Positions 1 to 9,499 of a stretch of 64,000 bases of DNA are shown in pieces (position 1 is the first letter of the stretch; every line of letters starts with the position of its first letter). The notes beneath the pieces are model-generated. The model did not search any database and was not told the origin of the DNA. It saw nothing but the letters and a program-made list of their open reading frames with translations. The stretch is from an uncultured delta proteobacterium (lineage in GTDB: Bacteria; Desulfobacterota; RBG-13-43-22): positions 160,001 through 224,000 of the forward strand of contig CAWBOS010000006.1 of NCBI GenBank assembly GCA_963790475.1, read 5' to 3'. Position numbers and translations under genes: made by a program.

Positions 1-1335
1 AAGGATATAATCCGGATGTCGGTAGCCCGTGCTAGCCATTTGGAGCCATTACAGGAATTTGATCTGCCGGTCAACAAGTCGGCCTTGGTGGTTGGTGGAG
101 GTATAGCCGGCATGACTTGTGCTCTCTCCATAGCCGAGCAGGGACATGAAGTTTACTTAGTGGAAAAGGATCCAGACCTGGGAGGAATGGCCCGAAGAAT
201 TCATTACACCCTGGAAGGGCTGGATGTTCAGGCCTACTTGCATGATCTGGTGCGCAAGGTTTATCAGCATCCCTTGATACATGTATATACTCAGGCTACC
301 ATCACGGAGGCCACCGGTTATGTCGGGAATTTCGTAACCAGGGTAAAGTCTGAAGGAAGAGTCACAGAGATAAAACATGGTGCAGCCGTCATCGCTACCG
401 GGGCTGATGAATATAAGCCCTTCGAATACCTTTATGGACAAGATGACCGAGTGATGACCGGTCTGGAGCTGGAAGAGCAGATCGCCAAAGGAGATGAAAA
501 GGTAATCAAGGCAGAAAGCCTGGTGATGATCCAATGTGTAGGCTGCAGAAATGATGACAGAAATTACTGCGCCCGGATATGTTGCAGCCAGTCTATAAAG
601 AACGCCCTGAAACTTAAAGAGATGAATCCCCGGATGGATATATACATCCTCTTCCGGGATATGAGAACCTACGGATTCAAAGAGGACTATTACCGGGAAG
701 CGGCCAATAAAGATGTCAAGTTCATCCGCTATGAACCGCAGGAGAAACCTCAGGTGGAAGCCGTTGAGGAGGCGGGTCGGCGGATCTTAAGGGTTACCGT
801 GACCGATCCAATTTTGGGGAAGAAGCTGGCTATCAAGGCCGATTTCCTCTCTTTGGCCGCTGCTGTTATTTCCCCGGCAGGAAACAAGGAAGTATCTCAA
901 TTATTCAAGGTCTCTTTGGGACCGGATGATTTTTTCAAAGAAGCCCACGTCAAATTAAGACCGGTTGAGTTTGCCGCGGATGGCGTTTATCTGTGTGGAA
1001 CGGCTCACTATCCCAAGCATATCCCGGAAGCGGTTAACCAGGCCTATGGAGCTGCAGGGCGGGTCTTAAGCCTTCTCTCGCAGGATACGGTCATCGCCTC
1101 CGGCTCTGTTTGCGATGTGGAGGAGAGGAAGTGTATGGGGTGTGGAGCTTGTATCTCGGCCTGTTCCTACGGTGCCATAGAGTTTCGTGAGACAAAACAA
1201 GGTAAAAAGGCCGGGGTTAATCCCATCCTCTGTAAAGGGGATGGCCTCTGTAACGCCAAGTGTCCCACCGGAGCTATAAAACTGAAGCACTTTACCGATG
1301 AAGAGATCTTAAGCCAAATCGACGCAGCGGCATGA
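1..1335 (+). CDS. hdrA: Heterodisulfide reductase subunit A-like flavoprotein (HdrA/BamE-like), 5' partial
   Basis: Frame open from base 1; FAD motif VVGGGIAG, IQCVGCR..CARICC cluster motif, EAHVKLRP, C-terminal 2x[4Fe-4S] ferredoxin. Confidence 0.92.
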   Translation, partial: KDIIRMSVARASHLEPLQEFDLPVNKSALVVGGGIAGMTCALSIAEQGHEVYLVEKDPDLGGMARRIHYTLEGLDVQAYLHDLVRKVYQHPLIHVYTQATITEATGYVGNFVTRVKSEGRVTEIKHGAAVIATGADEYKPFEYLYGQDDRVMTGLELEEQIAKGDEKVIKAESLVMIQCVGCRNDDRNYCARICCSQSIKNALKLKEMNPRMDIYILFRDMRTYGFKEDYYREAANKDVKFIRYEPQEKPQVEAVEEAGRRILRVTVTDPILGKKLAIKADFLSLAAAVISPAGNKEVSQLFKVSLGPDDFFKEAHVKLRPVEFAADGVYLCGTAHYPKHIPEAVNQAYGAAGRVLSLLSQDTVIASGSVCDVEERKCMGCGACISACSYGAIEFRETKQGKKAGVNPILCKGDGLCNAKCPTGAIKLKHFTDEEILSQIDAAA

Positions 1336-1343
1336 TAAAGGAC

Positions 1344-1411
1344 AAGGTAAAAGGTATAAGGTTCAAGGTCCAAGGTAAAACCGTATACCGTAAACCTTGC
1401 ACCTTAGACCG
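1344..1411. repeat. 7-mer repeat hairpin (AAGGTNN array then NNACCTT array)
   Basis: aaggtaa aaggtat aaggttc aaggtcc aaggtaa followed by accgtat accgtaa accttgc accttag. Confidence 0.85.
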
Positions 1412-1450
1412 ATTAGAAGCCTGTTTTCGTATCGAAGAGGTGAAATAAGC

Positions 1451-2305
1451 ATGAGCTCAGGACCGAAATTCAAGCCCAAAATATTAGGTTTTGTATGTCA
1501 TTGGTGAGCGTACGGCGCTGCTGACCTGGCTGGAGTTTCCAGACTGCAATATACCACTGAAATCAAACTGATTCGCGTCATGTGTTCCGGTAGAGTCGAC
1601 CTGGAATTTGTGCTCCGGGCTTTCTCAAATGGAATGGATGGGGTGATTATCGGGGGTTGCCGTTTGAACGAATGCAATTATGTCACTCATGGAAATTACC
1701 ATGCGCTGAATATGGTGCTTCTATGTAGAAAAATAATGGAACACATAGGATTGAACCCGGAAAGGTTAAGTATTGAATTTATGTCTGCCGGTGAAGGAAT
1801 CCTTTTCGCCGAAGTTATGAATGGGTTTGGCGATAAGGTGAAAAAGATAGGGCCCCTTGGCAAGAGCGAAGGAATAGAGGAAATTGAACTAAAGACCAGA
1901 CTTAAAGAAGTTACCAAGTTAATCCCCTACATTAAGCTGGTCAAAAAGGAAAAACTGGCATCGCGTCTTGAGAAACCGGAAGAATATGAGAAGCTTTTCT
2001 CCATAGATGAAATAGACCAGTTATTCAGCGACATAATATCATACTCTATTGATCCGGATAAGTGCCGGGCCTGTATGATTTGCCTCAGGAAATGTCCTGT
2101 AGAGGCAATTGCCGGCGGCAAGAACCTGATCCATGTCATTGACCAGGAGAAGTGCATAAAATGCGGAACTTGTTTTGAGGCTTGCCCCCCAAGATTTGGT
2201 GCGGTGAAGAAGATTACCGGTGAGCCTGTTCCACCTCCCATTCCAGAGGAAAAGAGAATTATTGTTAGAACGAATAAAGAAAGATCCGAGGAATCCCTAC
2301 ATTGA
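1451..2305 (+). CDS. mvhD: Selenocysteine-containing MvhD/BamF-like iron-sulfur protein with C-terminal 2x[4Fe-4S] ferredoxin domain
   Basis: ATG 1451 after GAGGTG; MSSGPKFKPKILGFVCHW-TGA(1505-1507)-AYGAADLAG..IRVMCSGRVD is the MvhD N-terminus in frame with the listed ORF 1580-2305. Confidence 0.92.
1508..1548 (+). promoter_or_regulatory. Putative bacterial SECIS element
   Basis: CTGGA-GTT-TCCAG stem-loop (1530-1542) with G-led apical loop ~28 nt downstream of the in-frame UGA. Confidence 0.7.
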
Positions 2306-2440
2306 CGTCGTTCATAGCACACTCTAAAAATTCATTATTGCCTTGAGCATCCATCCAACTAATCATGGTCCAACCATCTCCTAAGTCAGTTTTCATAATC
2401 TCTATGTCCCATGTCATTTTTATTTATTGGAGGTTAGAGA

Positions 2441-3208
2441 ATGATTACCGCGGGGTTAGATATTGGCGCTAAGACCATTAAGGTTGTCATTTTAAATGAT
2501 GATAATATCATGGGGCAGACCCTGGTCATGGCCGGGTATGATGTACAGAAGTCCTTAAAGAAGGTCTGGGAGGAATCATTGCTCAAGGCCGGGATTCAGA
2601 AGAACCAGATAGACCGAATCGTGGCCACCGGCGCCGGCAGGAAAAAGGCCGTGGTGGCCCGGGAGCAGGTTACCGAGATTTCGGCAGCGGCCAAGGGTGC
2701 GATCTTTTTAAACGATCAGGTAAGAACGGTGATCGATGTCGGGGCCGAGGAGGGACGAGCCATTAAGTTCAATTCTACCGGTAAGGTGGTCGATTTTGCT
2801 ATTAATGAAAAATGCGCTGCCGGTACCGGGGCCTTCATTGAGGCCATGGCCCGGGCCCTGGAGGTCACACTGGAAGAGCTTGGCCCTATTTCCTTAAAAG
2901 CCACCCGGGCCGTGGCCATGAACGCTCAGTGTGCCGTTTTTGCCGAATCGGAGATAGTATCTTTAGTTCATGCCAAGACCCCCAAACCGGATATGGCCCG
3001 GGCAGTCCATGATGCCATAGCCGATCGGATCGCTTCCATGGCCCGAAGGGTAGGCTTGGAAAAGGAAATTATGCTCATTGGAGGCTTGGCCCGAAATGTG
3101 GGATTTGCAGCATCATTGAAAAGAGAGCTGGAAAGCGATATCATCATTCCGGAAAATCCGGAATTTGTCAGTGCCCTGGGTGCGGCCTTGGCGGCTGCGG
3201 GGAAATAA
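2441..3208 (+). CDS. bzdP: Benzoyl-CoA reductase bzd-type P subunit / 2-hydroxyacyl-CoA dehydratase activator-family ATPase
   Basis: ASKHA motifs GLDIGA, ATGAGR, IDVGAEEGR, NEKCAAGTG, QCAVFAESE; adjacent to bzdQ. Confidence 0.75.
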   Translation: MITAGLDIGAKTIKVVILNDDNIMGQTLVMAGYDVQKSLKKVWEESLLKAGIQKNQIDRIVATGAGRKKAVVAREQVTEISAAAKGAIFLNDQVRTVIDVGAEEGRAIKFNSTGKVVDFAINEKCAAGTGAFIEAMARALEVTLEELGPISLKATRAVAMNAQCAVFAESEIVSLVHAKTPKPDMARAVHDAIADRIASMARRVGLEKEIMLIGGLARNVGFAASLKRELESDIIIPENPEFVSALGAALAAAGK

Positions 3209-3221
3209 ATTCGAGTACAAG

Positions 3222-3290
3222 AAGGTATAAGGTCCACGGTATAAGGTTTTCCTTTGGACCTTATACCTTAAACCTTGAACCTCAAACCTT
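3222..3290. repeat. 7-mer repeat hairpin (AAGGTNN/NNACCTT)
   Basis: aaggtat aaggtcc acggtat aaggttt ... ggacctt atacctt aaacctt gaacctc aaacctt. Confidence 0.85.
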
Positions 3291-3363
3291 TCTCTGACAA
3301 TATCATCACATTACCGGGAGCTTTTGTTAGCTTTCATTGGAGTTGAGATACGGGGAGAAATGG

Positions 3364-4227
3364 ATGGCTGAAGAATTCTGGAGATGGACGGAATCCCGGT
3401 GGACCGCACCGGATAAGGATTGGAATTCGGCCAAGATTATAACCGCCGGAGTGGATGTCGGTTCGGTGAGTTCACAGGCCGTTATTATGACCGACGGAGA
3501 ATTATATGCCTACAGCAATATGAGAACCGGTTCGGACAGCCCGAACAGCGCCATTAAGGCCATGAACAGGGCCTTGGAAGGAACCGGACTGACCTTGGAA
3601 AAAGTCCAATATATCGTCGGTACCGGCTACGGCCGGGTTAATGTCCCTTTTTCACAGCGGGCCATTACTGAGATTGCCTGCCACGGACGGGGGGCCAATT
3701 TTTTGTACGGTCCGACCGTGCGGACCGTTTTGGATATGGGGGGGCAGGATTGCAAGGCCATTCATATCGATGAAAAAGGAAAGGTCACCAATTTTCTAAT
3801 GAACGACAAATGTGCTGCCGGAACCGGACGGGGTCTGGAGGTCTTTGCCGATCTACTGGGGGTCTCGATCAATGAAATCGGAGAGCTTTCCCTGAAAGTA
3901 GAAGAAGAACCCCCCTCAGTGAGCAGCACCTGTGTGGTCTTTGCCAAATCAGAAGCCTCGGGATTATTACGGGAAGGCTGGCCAAAAGAAAGGGTCATCG
4001 CCGCTTACAGTTCGGCCATGGCCCATCGGGTGTTCACGCTGCTGGAACGGATCGGGATAGAGCCTGATTTTGCCATCACCGGAGGAATCGCCAAGAATAT
4101 AGGCGTGGTTTCCCGGCTGGAAAAGGAATTGAAGCTCAAGGCCTTAAGGCCAAAGTTTGACACCCAGATCGCCGGCGCGGTCGGGGCGGCACTGCTTGCC
4201 AAGGACCTGGCGGAAAAGGGGAAGTAA
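3364..4227 (+). CDS. bzdQ: Benzoyl-CoA reductase bzd-type Q subunit
   Basis: N-terminus MAEEFWRWTESRW, GVDVGSVSSQ, GTGYGR, DMGGQDCK, NDKCAAGTG; ATG 3364 after GGGGAG. Confidence 0.85.
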   Translation: MAEEFWRWTESRWTAPDKDWNSAKIITAGVDVGSVSSQAVIMTDGELYAYSNMRTGSDSPNSAIKAMNRALEGTGLTLEKVQYIVGTGYGRVNVPFSQRAITEIACHGRGANFLYGPTVRTVLDMGGQDCKAIHIDEKGKVTNFLMNDKCAAGTGRGLEVFADLLGVSINEIGELSLKVEEEPPSVSSTCVVFAKSEASGLLREGWPKERVIAAYSSAMAHRVFTLLERIGIEPDFAITGGIAKNIGVVSRLEKELKLKALRPKFDTQIAGAVGAALLAKDLAEKGK

Positions 4228-4233
4228 TAAATA

Positions 4234-4329
4234 AAAGGTGCAAGGTATAAGGTTTAAGGTCCAAGGAAAAACCTTTGGTGCGTGTTCTTAGGTGTCTTTC
4301 CTTATACCTTGAACCGTAAACCTAATACC
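4234..4329. repeat. 7-mer repeat hairpin (AAGGTNN/NNACCTT)
   Basis: aaggtgc aaggtat aaggttt aaggtcc aaggaaa ... cttatacctt gaaccgt aaaccta. Confidence 0.85.
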
Positions 4330-4341
4330 CGAGGTTACATT

Positions 4342-4434
4342 TTGATTGCCAATTTCGAATACAATGACGGTTCAGGAGAGTTTTTTATCAGTATTGATAC
4401 GGATCGATGTAGCGGTTGCGGGGACTGCGTCTGC
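4342..4434 (+). pseudogene. Truncated BzdM-like ferredoxin
   Basis: TTG start after GAGG; LIANFEYNDGSGEFFISIDTDRCSGCGDCV then similarity stops before the fourth Cys-Pro and the second cluster; followed by repeat-like sequence. Confidence 0.7.
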
Positions 4435-4540
4435 CTTGTGTGGGAATTTGTAATCGGTATCTTGAATCTTGCCTTTGACACGATACTCCGAACTCCGAAC
4501 TATTTACCCTGAACTTTGACCTTTGACAGGGAAATTCATA

Positions 4541-4759
4541 ATGAACCGACACGATCAATTAACCTCGCAAGGCTGGACCAAACGATTCACCGCCGATGAG
4601 CCGCGTCTGTCGGAGGCAGTGGAAGAATATCAGGGATTGGGATTTGAGGTCCTTGTGGAGCCGATGGATCCCCGGGAAATGACCGGAAAATGCACCTCCT
4701 GTCTCTTGGCCTCTTCCGACCGATACAAAACCATTTATATCCGCCGAAAAAAATATTAA
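4541..4759 (+). CDS. Small hypothetical protein (GWTKRF..EPRLSEAVEEY..LGFEV, CxxC)
   Basis: 72-aa ORF with protein-like composition; ATG after AGGGA. Confidence 0.7.
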   Translation: MNRHDQLTSQGWTKRFTADEPRLSEAVEEYQGLGFEVLVEPMDPREMTGKCTSCLLASSDRYKTIYIRRKKY

Positions 4760-4901
4760 CCACTTAACTCCTTTATTCCTCCCTTCGGCTGCCGGTAGCT
4801 ACAAAAAAATACACGTTAGAACACCTTGCAGAAGCCCATTCTTTCTAGAACAGGTCAGTCCATCCTTTGGCGGGATTGCCAGACAATTGGGTGAAATCAA
4901 T

Positions 4902-4935
4902 AGAGGTCAGCCCCGCCCCGGTGGGGCCGACCTCT
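4902..4935. terminator. GC-rich hairpin (terminator or REP-like element)
   Basis: AGAGGTCAGCCCC..GGGGCCGACCTCT inverted repeat with one mismatch. Confidence 0.5.
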
Positions 4936-5060
4936 TAAATGTGAAATTCATATTATCTGGATTTTTTAAAGAAACCCCCTTTTTATTCAAATACATTTAA
5001 GTGGGATGGGCGATAGACCGATGAAAAAACTGGTTCCATTAGATTATTACAAAAATCCTG

Positions 5061-5089
5061 TTGACATCTATTCTTTTTATGAATAATAT
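5061..5089 (+). promoter_or_regulatory. Putative sigma70 promoter
   Basis: TTGACA-17 nt-TAATAT just upstream of the kinase gene. Confidence 0.5.
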
Positions 5090-5115
5090 CAAATAGTATC
5101 TGAAAAACAGAAGGT

Positions 5116-6258
5116 ATGTCTGTTTTGGAAAGGACCGAAACCCGAGTTCTTCTACCGATGTCCTTAAAACCAATAATAATTGTTGATCCGGATCGGGATT
5201 TTGCCAAAACGACCGAGAGATTTCTATTGTCTCACGGTTTTAAGGTAGCCCTGGCCTATACCGGAAACCAGGCCATTAAGAGGGTATCATCAGGGTCCCC
5301 TCTTCTAGCCCTTCTTTCCCTGAAATTACCTGATATGGAGGGAGAAGTCTTATTAAAAAAAATCAACGAATTTGCTCCTCAATTAGTTATTATTCTCACC
5401 GATTTTGGGAAAGAAGATATCACAGACTTAATGAAATATGGGGTCATTGATTTTTTCCCCAAGCCTATCGATGAGAATACCCTTTTACAGGCCATTAATA
5501 AAGTCCCCACGGTTATCAATCCTATTTCAAATGGTCCGGATAGCGAAGGGGTTTCTGTATTGGCCCAATTTTTTCCTTTTCTAGTCCATGAGCTCCGCAA
5601 TCCTCTTCAAGCCATCGGGGGGGCCCTCACCATTATTGAAAAACGCTCCAGTTTGGAAGATAAACCCCTGGCCCAATCTCTTGGCATTATCAAAGAAGAG
5701 GTCCAACATCTCAGTGGTTTTGTCCAGAAATGTTTGGATTTTGTCCGCCCGCTCAATAGAGATTTTTGTATAGAAACCGACCTTAATGAAATGATCAGGC
5801 TGTGTATAAAAATGACAACCTATATGTTTCCGGAGGCCTCAAGTGCCGTTAAAGTTATCACAGGTCTCGATCCCGACCTACCGAAGGTCTATGCCAACTA
5901 TGAAGAAATAAAACAGGTTTTGTTAAATTTATTGAAAAATGGTTTTGAAGCCATGAATCAAAGTTCAACAAAAGAGTTGACCGTAAAAACCGTCAGCAAG
6001 GTCCTTCGTAATACGGGATGGGTGGAAATTATTATCAGCGATACCGGTTTGGGGATTAAAAACGAAAATTTGAAACTGATCGGCACGCCATTCTTCACGA
6101 CAAAAATTAGAGGGACCGGGTTGGGAATAGCGGTCTGCCATAGGATTATTGTCGATCGACACAAGGGAAAGATATTGATTGAAAGTGAAGAGGGCATGGG
6201 AACAACGGTTACCATTAAATTGTCGGTTAACCCCAGGCGGGAGGAAAGGGACCTATGA
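5116..6258 (+). CDS. Receiver-domain/histidine kinase hybrid (NtrB-like)
   Basis: N-terminal REC, H-box HELRNPL, N-box NLLKNG, DTGLGI, PFFTTK..GTGLG. Confidence 0.9.
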   Translation: MSVLERTETRVLLPMSLKPIIIVDPDRDFAKTTERFLLSHGFKVALAYTGNQAIKRVSSGSPLLALLSLKLPDMEGEVLLKKINEFAPQLVIILTDFGKEDITDLMKYGVIDFFPKPIDENTLLQAINKVPTVINPISNGPDSEGVSVLAQFFPFLVHELRNPLQAIGGALTIIEKRSSLEDKPLAQSLGIIKEEVQHLSGFVQKCLDFVRPLNRDFCIETDLNEMIRLCIKMTTYMFPEASSAVKVITGLDPDLPKVYANYEEIKQVLLNLLKNGFEAMNQSSTKELTVKTVSKVLRNTGWVEIIISDTGLGIKNENLKLIGTPFFTTKIRGTGLGIAVCHRIIVDRHKGKILIESEEGMGTTVTIKLSVNPRREERDL

Positions 6259-7640
6259 CCGATCCATCCATCCTGGTGGTCGATGATGAACCGAATGCAC
6301 TTTTTACCGTCTCCCAAATGTTAATTGATGAGGGATATAAGGTAATCTCCGCCTCCAGCGGCCAAGAAGCCTTAGGGATTTTCAAAAAAAACCTAATCGA
6401 CCTGGTGGTTTCGGATGTTAAAATGCCGGATTTCAGCGGCATCGATCTTCTGGGTGACCTGAAACGGGTCAATCAGGATATTCCGGTTATTCTCATGACG
6501 GCCTATGGTTCGATTTCCATGGCCGTGGAAGCGTTAAGGCAAGGGGCCTACTACTTCTTCGAAAAGCCCATCTTTAATAATGAAGACAAATTTCTGGCCA
6601 TTATTCGCCAGGCCTTAAAAACCCAACAGTTAGAAAAAGAACTGACGGATCTTCGTAAGGAAGTTATCGAGAAATATTCCTTCCCTAATATTATCGGTGA
6701 CGACCCTAAAATGATTAAAATCTTCGAGTTTATCGGAAGAATATGCCGGACGGATAAGACCGTTCTTGTACAGGGAGAGAGTGGAACAGGAAAAGATCTG
6801 ATCGCCAAAAGCATTCATTTCAACAGCCCGAGAAGAAACAAGCCGTTGATTACAGTCAATTGTGGTACCTTGACCGAGACCCTTTTATCCAGCGAACTAT
6901 TCGGGCATTCCCGGGGCGCTTTTACGGGAGCCATAAAAGATACCATGGGGCGGTTTCAAGCCGCAGACGGGGGGACCTTGGTTTTGGAAGAAATGGGGGA
7001 GGTACCTCTAAACTCCCAAAAAGTTTTTTTAAGGGTCCTGGAAGAGAAAAAGTTGGAACCGGTAGGGAGTAATCAAACCAGAAAAGTGGATGTTCGCATC
7101 ATTGTCACCACCAATCGAAATCTACAGGAAGAAGTGCTAAAAGGAAATTTTCGAAAGGATCTTTATTATCGATTAAGCATTCTTTCTTTGACTATTCCCC
7201 CTTTACGGGACCGAATCTCAGATCTTCCCCTTTTAGTCGATTATTTCTTGAAAAAATTTCAGGAAGGGAGGACCCCTTTCAAGATAGAGCCGGGGGTTCT
7301 TGAATATCTGAAAACCCTTTCCTGGCCTGGAAATATAAGGGAATTAGCCAATGTTATCCAACACATGATAACTTTTTGTATTGGAAATAAAATTACCATG
7401 AATGACCTTCCTCCTTCTCTCTTCCCTTTGGAAAAAGAGGTAAAAGACGAAACCAAAGAAGAAATAGATTTGCCTAAACTGGTTTCTGATCTGGAAAAAA
7501 AATGGATTATTAAAAAATTAGAAGAAAGCGATTGGAATAAAGAAAAATCTAGAAAACTGCTTGGTATTACACGAAGGATGCTTATTGACCGAATAAAAAA
7601 ATATGATATCTCCATGCCTTCCGAAATCCTTGAGAGTTAA
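6255..7640 (+). CDS. Sigma54-dependent response regulator (NtrC family)
   Basis: REC (DD, SDVKMP), [23 protein letters not shown]-terminal HTH. Confidence 0.93.
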   Translation: MTDPSILVVDDEPNALFTVSQMLIDEGYKVISASSGQEALGIFKKNLIDLVVSDVKMPDFSGIDLLGDLKRVNQDIPVILMTAYGSISMAVEALRQGAYYFFEKPIFNNEDKFLAIIRQALKTQQLEKELTDLRKEVIEKYSFPNIIGDDPKMIKIFEFIGRICRTDKTVLVQGESGTGKDLIAKSIHFNSPRRNKPLITVNCGTLTETLLSSELFGHSRGAFTGAIKDTMGRFQAADGGTLVLEEMGEVPLNSQKVFLRVLEEKKLEPVGSNQTRKVDVRIIVTTNRNLQEEVLKGNFRKDLYYRLSILSLTIPPLRDRISDLPLLVDYFLKKFQEGRTPFKIEPGVLEYLKTLSWPGNIRELANVIQHMITFCIGNKITMNDLPPSLFPLEKEVKDETKEEIDLPKLVSDLEKKWIIKKLEESDWNKEKSRKLLGITRRMLIDRIKKYDISMPSEILES

Positions 7641-7689
7641 TCTTGGATTAAATTATTTAAAGGATGACCCTTATAATTAAGGGGAGGAT

Positions 7690-8565
7690 ATGCCTGAAAA
7701 ATCGATTTGCATAATCGACCCTTTTGAAAATATCTTCAATGTTTATAGGATGATCCTGGAAGAGAAAGGGTTTGCGGTTCATACCTTCGCTGAGCTGGAT
7801 CCGGCCCTTCAAAGTTGTTCTTCAATAGCCTATTCTATTATAATTACAGAATATTTCTTTCCTTTGGAAAAAATGTGTCATTTTATCCGATCGGTAAAAA
7901 AGCTGGTGTCGGAGAGCTATCTCATAATGAGCACTTCGGTGATCATTGATGATCCAACCTATAAAAAAATGTTTGATGCCGGATTGGAGGATTTGTTGCT
8001 CAAACCTTACGGACAAGAGAAACTCATGGCCCATATTGAAAAAGGTATTAAAAGGCAGAAGATATTCCTTGGAAATAAAAGAAAGGCAAAAGAAAATGGT
8101 GGTTTTTCTAGTATACAAGAGGATCATCCGGGAGTCTATGGCCCCGCCTTTTTTAAAAAACTGATTCGACAAGATATAAAAAAGGCGAGAAGGCACCAAC
8201 AGCCGCTATCCTTGATCTTATTAAAACTTCCGTCAAAAGATAGATTGGGTAATCGATTTGGATCATTCTATACGGAATTGATCGATCTGCTTAGAAAATC
8301 CCTGAGGGAAGAGGACATAATAGGAAGAGAAAATGGCAACCTGGGAATTATTCTCGATAAAACGGACGAAGCCGGTTCCCGGGACTTAGGTAGAAGGCTC
8401 TCAAAATTGATTCAAACCCATCCCTCTTTTAAAGCCAACTTTTCATTGCAAGAGACATTGAATGAACTTTCTTTTCAATATTATACCTTCCCTCACCAGA
8501 CTAATATTCCCGAATTTTTAACCCCGTTATTGAAAGAAATGGAAGTAGAATTCCCTTCGAACTGA
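7690..8565 (+). CDS. Atypical receiver domain fused to degenerate GGDEF domain
   Basis: REC-like N-terminus (IITEY, LLKPY); C-terminus ARRHQQPLSLILL..LREEDIIGRENGNL lacks GGDEF. Confidence 0.7.
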   Translation: MPEKSICIIDPFENIFNVYRMILEEKGFAVHTFAELDPALQSCSSIAYSIIITEYFFPLEKMCHFIRSVKKLVSESYLIMSTSVIIDDPTYKKMFDAGLEDLLLKPYGQEKLMAHIEKGIKRQKIFLGNKRKAKENGGFSSIQEDHPGVYGPAFFKKLIRQDIKKARRHQQPLSLILLKLPSKDRLGNRFGSFYTELIDLLRKSLREEDIIGRENGNLGIILDKTDEAGSRDLGRRLSKLIQTHPSFKANFSLQETLNELSFQYYTFPHQTNIPEFLTPLLKEMEVEFPSN

Positions 8566-8757
8566 CCCAGTGGCTTTTTTGGGTAGGTCGGCCTTTCTTA
8601 GTAACTATCTTTAATTACAATAAAAAAAAAACAAGCCGGACATTTTTGTTTTATGTTTGTGCAAAAAAGTCCATTTTAGACCGACAATCCTCACTTTTCT
8701 AGGGATCTATTAATAAAATAATCTCAAAAAACAATAGGTTGTGATAATTTTTTTTCT

Positions 8758-8773
8758 TGGCCTGACTATTGCA
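8758..8773 (+). promoter_or_regulatory. Sigma54 -24/-12 promoter
   Basis: TGGCCTGACTATTGCA, GG-N10-GC spacing, in an AT-rich intergenic region. Confidence 0.7.
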
Positions 8774-9013
8774 AATCATTAATTTTCAAAAAGGTCAAAA
8801 ACAGTTAATAATCTCTTGGTGGGGTTAACTAACAGGTATTCCATAAAAATTTACCATAGAAAACTATGAGCGAAATCCAAGGAGAAAAAAGCGGTTGTCC
8901 ACTTTGGAGGATTAAAACCCAAGGGCAGGAATGTAGAGAGCTTTGAAAAATTTCTGTTTTCGAATCCATCACAAGTAGAAGATTAGAGAATTAATAAGAG
9001 GTTTTAGATAAAA

Positions 9014-9451
9014 ATGGTTCAGGAAACTATACTTATATTGGAAGAGGATCTTCAACTCCAGTGGATTTTGAAAACCTATTTGGAGAACAAAGGGTTTAAT
9101 ATTATCGCTCATGATACTATTGAAAAGGTGAGGGAATCTATCTCCAAAGAAAAAATATCTGTATTCATTACGACAGAATATTGGGTCAACCACTCCCATA
9201 TGCTGGAAATCATCAAGCAGTTGAAAACGACCCTTCCCAAAATTTACATTATGTTGATTACTTATAGAATGATGGATGAAAAGGAATATGAGGATTTTCT
9301 TGTTGCCGGCGTCGATGATCTTTTAGAAAAGCCTTTTTCATTAAGTAAAATCCCGGTCCTTCTCAATAAAAGATTGGGATTCGTTTCCTGTTTATCTTCA
9401 AAAATAAATTTGGATCAGAATGAACAAAGGGTAAATGGTTCAGATAGGTAA
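9014..9451 (+). CDS. Single-domain atypical response regulator
   Basis: REC fold motifs ILILEED, FITTEY, LLEKPF. Confidence 0.75.
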   Translation: MVQETILILEEDLQLQWILKTYLENKGFNIIAHDTIEKVRESISKEKISVFITTEYWVNHSHMLEIIKQLKTTLPKIYIMLITYRMMDEKEYEDFLVAGVDDLLEKPFSLSKIPVLLNKRLGFVSCLSSKINLDQNEQRVNGSDR

Positions 9452-9499
9452 TGGTTCTAAAATAATCAATGGTGACCCGAATGAAAGGAACTTCGTACA

